DNA of 11,985 nt from NCBI RefSeq assembly GCF_006345805.1, contig NW_021826827.1, positions 1 through 11,985 of the forward strand, written 5' to 3'. The position numbers and the translations under genes are program-made. The DNA is from Octopus sinensis (Eukaryota). Positions 9,518-11,985 of the stretch are shown here, in pieces. Below the pieces are notes generated by a model, which saw nothing but the letters and a program-made list of their open reading frames with translations, did no database searches and was not told where the DNA came from. Each line of letters begins with the position of its first letter. Position 1 is the stretch's first letter.

Positions 9518-9710
9518 CAAGTTAATCCAAACAGAAAGCACAAAAAAACACAACAACGCGAGGACGTGGGACAAATATAGTATTATTGGACGCTCAGGAT
9601 AGAAGGAAAGAAGGAGGGTTTAACGTTTCGAGCGGAGCTCTTCGTCGGAAACATAGGAGAAGGAAAGATCCAGAGAAGGAAAGACAGGAAAAAAAATCGC
9701 CAACGGTACA
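9518..9710 (-). mobile_element. Probable Penelope-like element pLTR remnant carrying a minimal HHR motif
   Basis: A discrete ~190-bp block between (TA)n and (CA/TA)n tracts that contains an HHR-like motif. The PLE assignment is inferred from the minimal HHR with palindromic stem III; boundaries are approximate. Confidence 0.55.
9618..9652 (-). ncRNA. Minimal type I hammerhead ribozyme-like motif (variant core)
   Basis: Minus strand: GUUU [CCGACGA A] GAGC-UCC-GCUC [GAAA] CGU U | AAAC. Stem I is GUUU/AAAC, stem II is GAGC/GCUC, and the stem III region is the palindrome ACGU. It deviates from consensus by U4->C and an extra A. Confidence 0.55.
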
Positions 9711-9907
9711 CACATATATATGTATGTATTAAGGGCATTACTATACATAAATGCCTCACGCTAGGAGTGGCTCTTAAAGTCAAAACTACCATAATAAACA
9801 CATTGTACCGAACGCGAAGGAATGCACTCTCGAAGCGAGCCTTTTGAAAACAGATTCAGCTGCAGACCATGATTTCATAACTAGCGCATAAAATGCACTT
9901 CTTAATT

Positions 9908-9909
9908 TA

Positions 9910-9946
<37 letters not shown>

Positions 9947-9969
9947 ATATATAATATATATATATTAAT
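9908..9969. repeat. (TA)n microsatellite
   Basis: Read directly. Confidence 0.97.
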
Positions 9970-10516
9970 AATAATAGAAATATTACATTACTAAGTCTCT
10001 CTAAAAGAGAAACCGCAGCGTTCCTGGAAATTAATAGTTATCGCTATACTAATATGGCATTCTTATAAAAATAAGAATAAAGCTGTCCGTTTATTAGCTC
10101 CATGAGGCCATCGCCTTAAGTTAGCTAGTTGATACACAAACTGTATCCATATAACCTTCGAACAAGGGAGGTCAGTCGCTCCACACTACTTGATCGACAG
10201 CTACAGACGCGTTTCGGGGTATTGCCCCTTTTCAATGTAACGTAGTCAGACCAGTAGGTGTCGCTTCCGACAATCCCTGTTCGAAGGTTTTATTTACCTA
10301 GTTTCAGTGGAATACATCCACTTGTTTTCAATAATAGAAATATTAAAATTACTAAGTCTCTCTAAAAGAGAACACGGCAGCGTTCCTGGAAATTAATAGT
10401 TATCGCCATACTAATATGGCATTCTTATAAAAATAAGAATAAAGCTGTCCGTTTATTAGTGTGGAGCGACTGACCTCCCTTGTTCGATGGTTATATGGAT
10501 ACAGTTTGTGTATCAA
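9970..10516 (-). mobile_element. Penelope-like/retrozyme-like element: 360-bp unit in partial tandem with an inverted 5' end
   Basis: Direct repeat 9970-10097 / 10330-10459 (only a few differences, offset 360). Inverted repeat 10129-10188 / 10457-10516 (59 of 60 identical). HHR at 10201-10240. No ORF. Confidence 0.75.
10201..10240 (-). ncRNA. Type I hammerhead ribozyme with U3-A8 core variant
   Basis: Minus strand: UUACA [UUGAAAA] GGGG-CAAUA-CCCC [GAAA] C-GC-GU C | UGUAG. Stems I and II pair fully, stem III is the palindrome ACGCGU, and the GUC cleavage triplet predicts a cut between 10206 and 10205. Confidence 0.8.
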
Positions 10517-10709
10517 ATAGGTACATGCAAACACACTGACACTGCACCGCCTACGTAGCACTGACAATAATATGTGTGTCCGTGCATGCGTGCGGGCGCA
10601 TAAGTGTGTGTGTGTGTGTGTGTATGCACGTGTTTATGTATGTAAATTATAAGTGCGAATGTATAAAAACATACAATAAAAACGAAACAAACGACATAAC
10701 CATAATAAA

Positions 10710-10751
10710 CATAGCAGTAATAGTAGTAGTATTAGTAGAAGCAGCAGCAAC

Positions 10752-10795
<44 letters not shown>

Positions 10796-10990
10796 AAGCA
10801 GCTGTAGTAGTAACAGCAGCAGCAGTAGTAGTAGTAATAGTAGTAGTAGTAGTAGAAGCAACAGTAGTAGTAGTAGTAATAGTAGTAGTAGTAGTAGTAG
10901 TAGTAGTAGAAGTAGTACAGCAGCAGTAGTAGCAGCTGTTGTTGCAGCAGCAGCAACAGCAGCAGCAGCAGTAGTAGTAGTAGTAGTAAC
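10710..10990. repeat. (GTA)n/(GCA)n compound trinucleotide microsatellite
   Basis: Read directly; source of the poly-V/L/T/Y ORFs. Confidence 0.97.
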
Positions 10991-11026
10991 TGTATACAAA
11001 CAAGTCTAACACAATACCTCACACTA

Positions 11027-11176
11027 CTTACCATCTCTTACCATTTCTTACCATCTCTTACCATTTCTTACCATCTCTTACCATCTCTTACCATCTCTTA
11101 CCATCTCTTACCATCTCTTACCATCTCTTACCATTTCTTACCATTTCTTACCATTTCTTACCATTTCTTACCATTT
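11027..11176. repeat. 10-bp minisatellite (CCATYTCTTA)x14 plus partial units
   Basis: 14 complete units at 11031-11170, with variant order at position 5: C,T,C,T,C,C,C,C,C,C,T,T,T,T. Confidence 0.98.
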
Positions 11177-11249
11177 TTGTTTTTTCCTCCAACGACGAAA
11201 CAACAAAATCTTCCTTTTTCAAGGTTCGCATCTTTCCACAAAATCAAAA

Positions 11250-11428
11250 ATATCCCCCCCCCCCCTACCACCACCACCACACACACACTTTTCTCTCTTT
11301 CTTTCCCTCCTCCATCTTTTCACACATCTCTACCATCCCCCTACCCCCCCCGTATATCCCCCCCTCCATCTCTCCTCTCTCTCTCCCCATCTCCTCTCTC
11401 CCTCTCTCTCTCCCTCCATCTCTCTCCT
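11250..11428. repeat. Pyrimidine-rich low-complexity tract (C runs, (CT)n)
   Basis: Read directly. Confidence 0.88.
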
Positions 11429-11799
11429 TTTGACATTACAATCCACGTTTGTCGTCGTCGTCATTATACTAAGATTGTTGGCATCCAAGAGGAAAATGCA
11501 GCAGTTATTTACTCGAAGAACAACGAAGCTAAAAGAGGAACATTTGCCATTTAACATTTGTTCAATCATTGTTTCCTATACTTTTGTCATTCCATTAGTA
11601 AAAGAATGGTAACTTTAGGAATTCTTCACTATTTTCTCTTCCGTTCTCTTTTTTTCAATCTATACATTTTTTTTCTTTGTTTATCATTGCTGTTTTTTGA
11701 GTATTTGTTAATTTGTTCCAAGTGTTCCGTTATCGACGGTTCTACACTTGTTGTTTTTCTAGTTGTTGTTGTATTGTGCCGTATTCTTGCTGATTTTCT

Positions 11800-11970
11800 T
11801 CTTTATTATTATTGTTGTTGTTGTTGTTTTCTATGTAACTTTTGCTGTTGTTTTTGTTTTGCTATTGTTTTTTTTTATAAATTTTGTTGTAACTGCTTTT
11901 ATTGTTAATGTTGTTGTATTGTTTTTTTGTTCTCACTGTGTTGTTGTTGTTGCTGTTGTTATTGTCAATG
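11800..11970. repeat. Degenerate (GTT)n/T-rich repeat
   Basis: Read directly. Confidence 0.8.
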
Positions 11971-11985
11971 TTGTTAAACCGCAGA

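Noticed and set aside
9970-10459. LTR retrotransposon or solo-LTR pair
   Set aside because: The direct repeats lack TG..CA ends, a PBS, a PPT and a TSD. The HHR and inverted end fit a PLE or retrozyme better.
10576-11034. Poly-V/L/T/C ORFs
   Set aside because: They are translations of the (GTA/GCA)n repeat on both strands.
11027-11176. CRISPR array or telomeric repeat
   Set aside because: There are no spacers, the context is eukaryotic, and the unit is not TTAGGG-like.
11430-11612. Short ORFs after the pyrimidine tract
   Set aside because: No recognisable protein motif, no ATG start and no good donor site.

Overview
This is AT-rich, repeat-saturated eukaryotic non-coding DNA (intronic or intergenic). 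The microsatellite load and the tRNA-derived SINE families look like an octopus (coleoid cephalopod) genome; this is recognition from memory, not a database hit. No intact protein-coding gene is supported, and almost all ORFs in the track are translations of microsatellites. Contents: at least three tRNA-SINE families (about 8 copies), a frameshifted 3' fragment of a CR1-type LINE joined to a scrambled SINE, a ~380-bp non-autonomous Helitron with canonical termini, many simple repeats and a 10-bp minisatellite. The most notable region is 9518-10516. It holds two different minus-strand repeat units, each with a minimal type I hammerhead-ribozyme (HHR) motif. One has a U3-A8 compensatory core, caps a ~137-nt rod-like hairpin, and lies in a 360-bp partial-tandem unit with an inverted end, as expected for a Penelope-like pLTR or retrozyme-like element.
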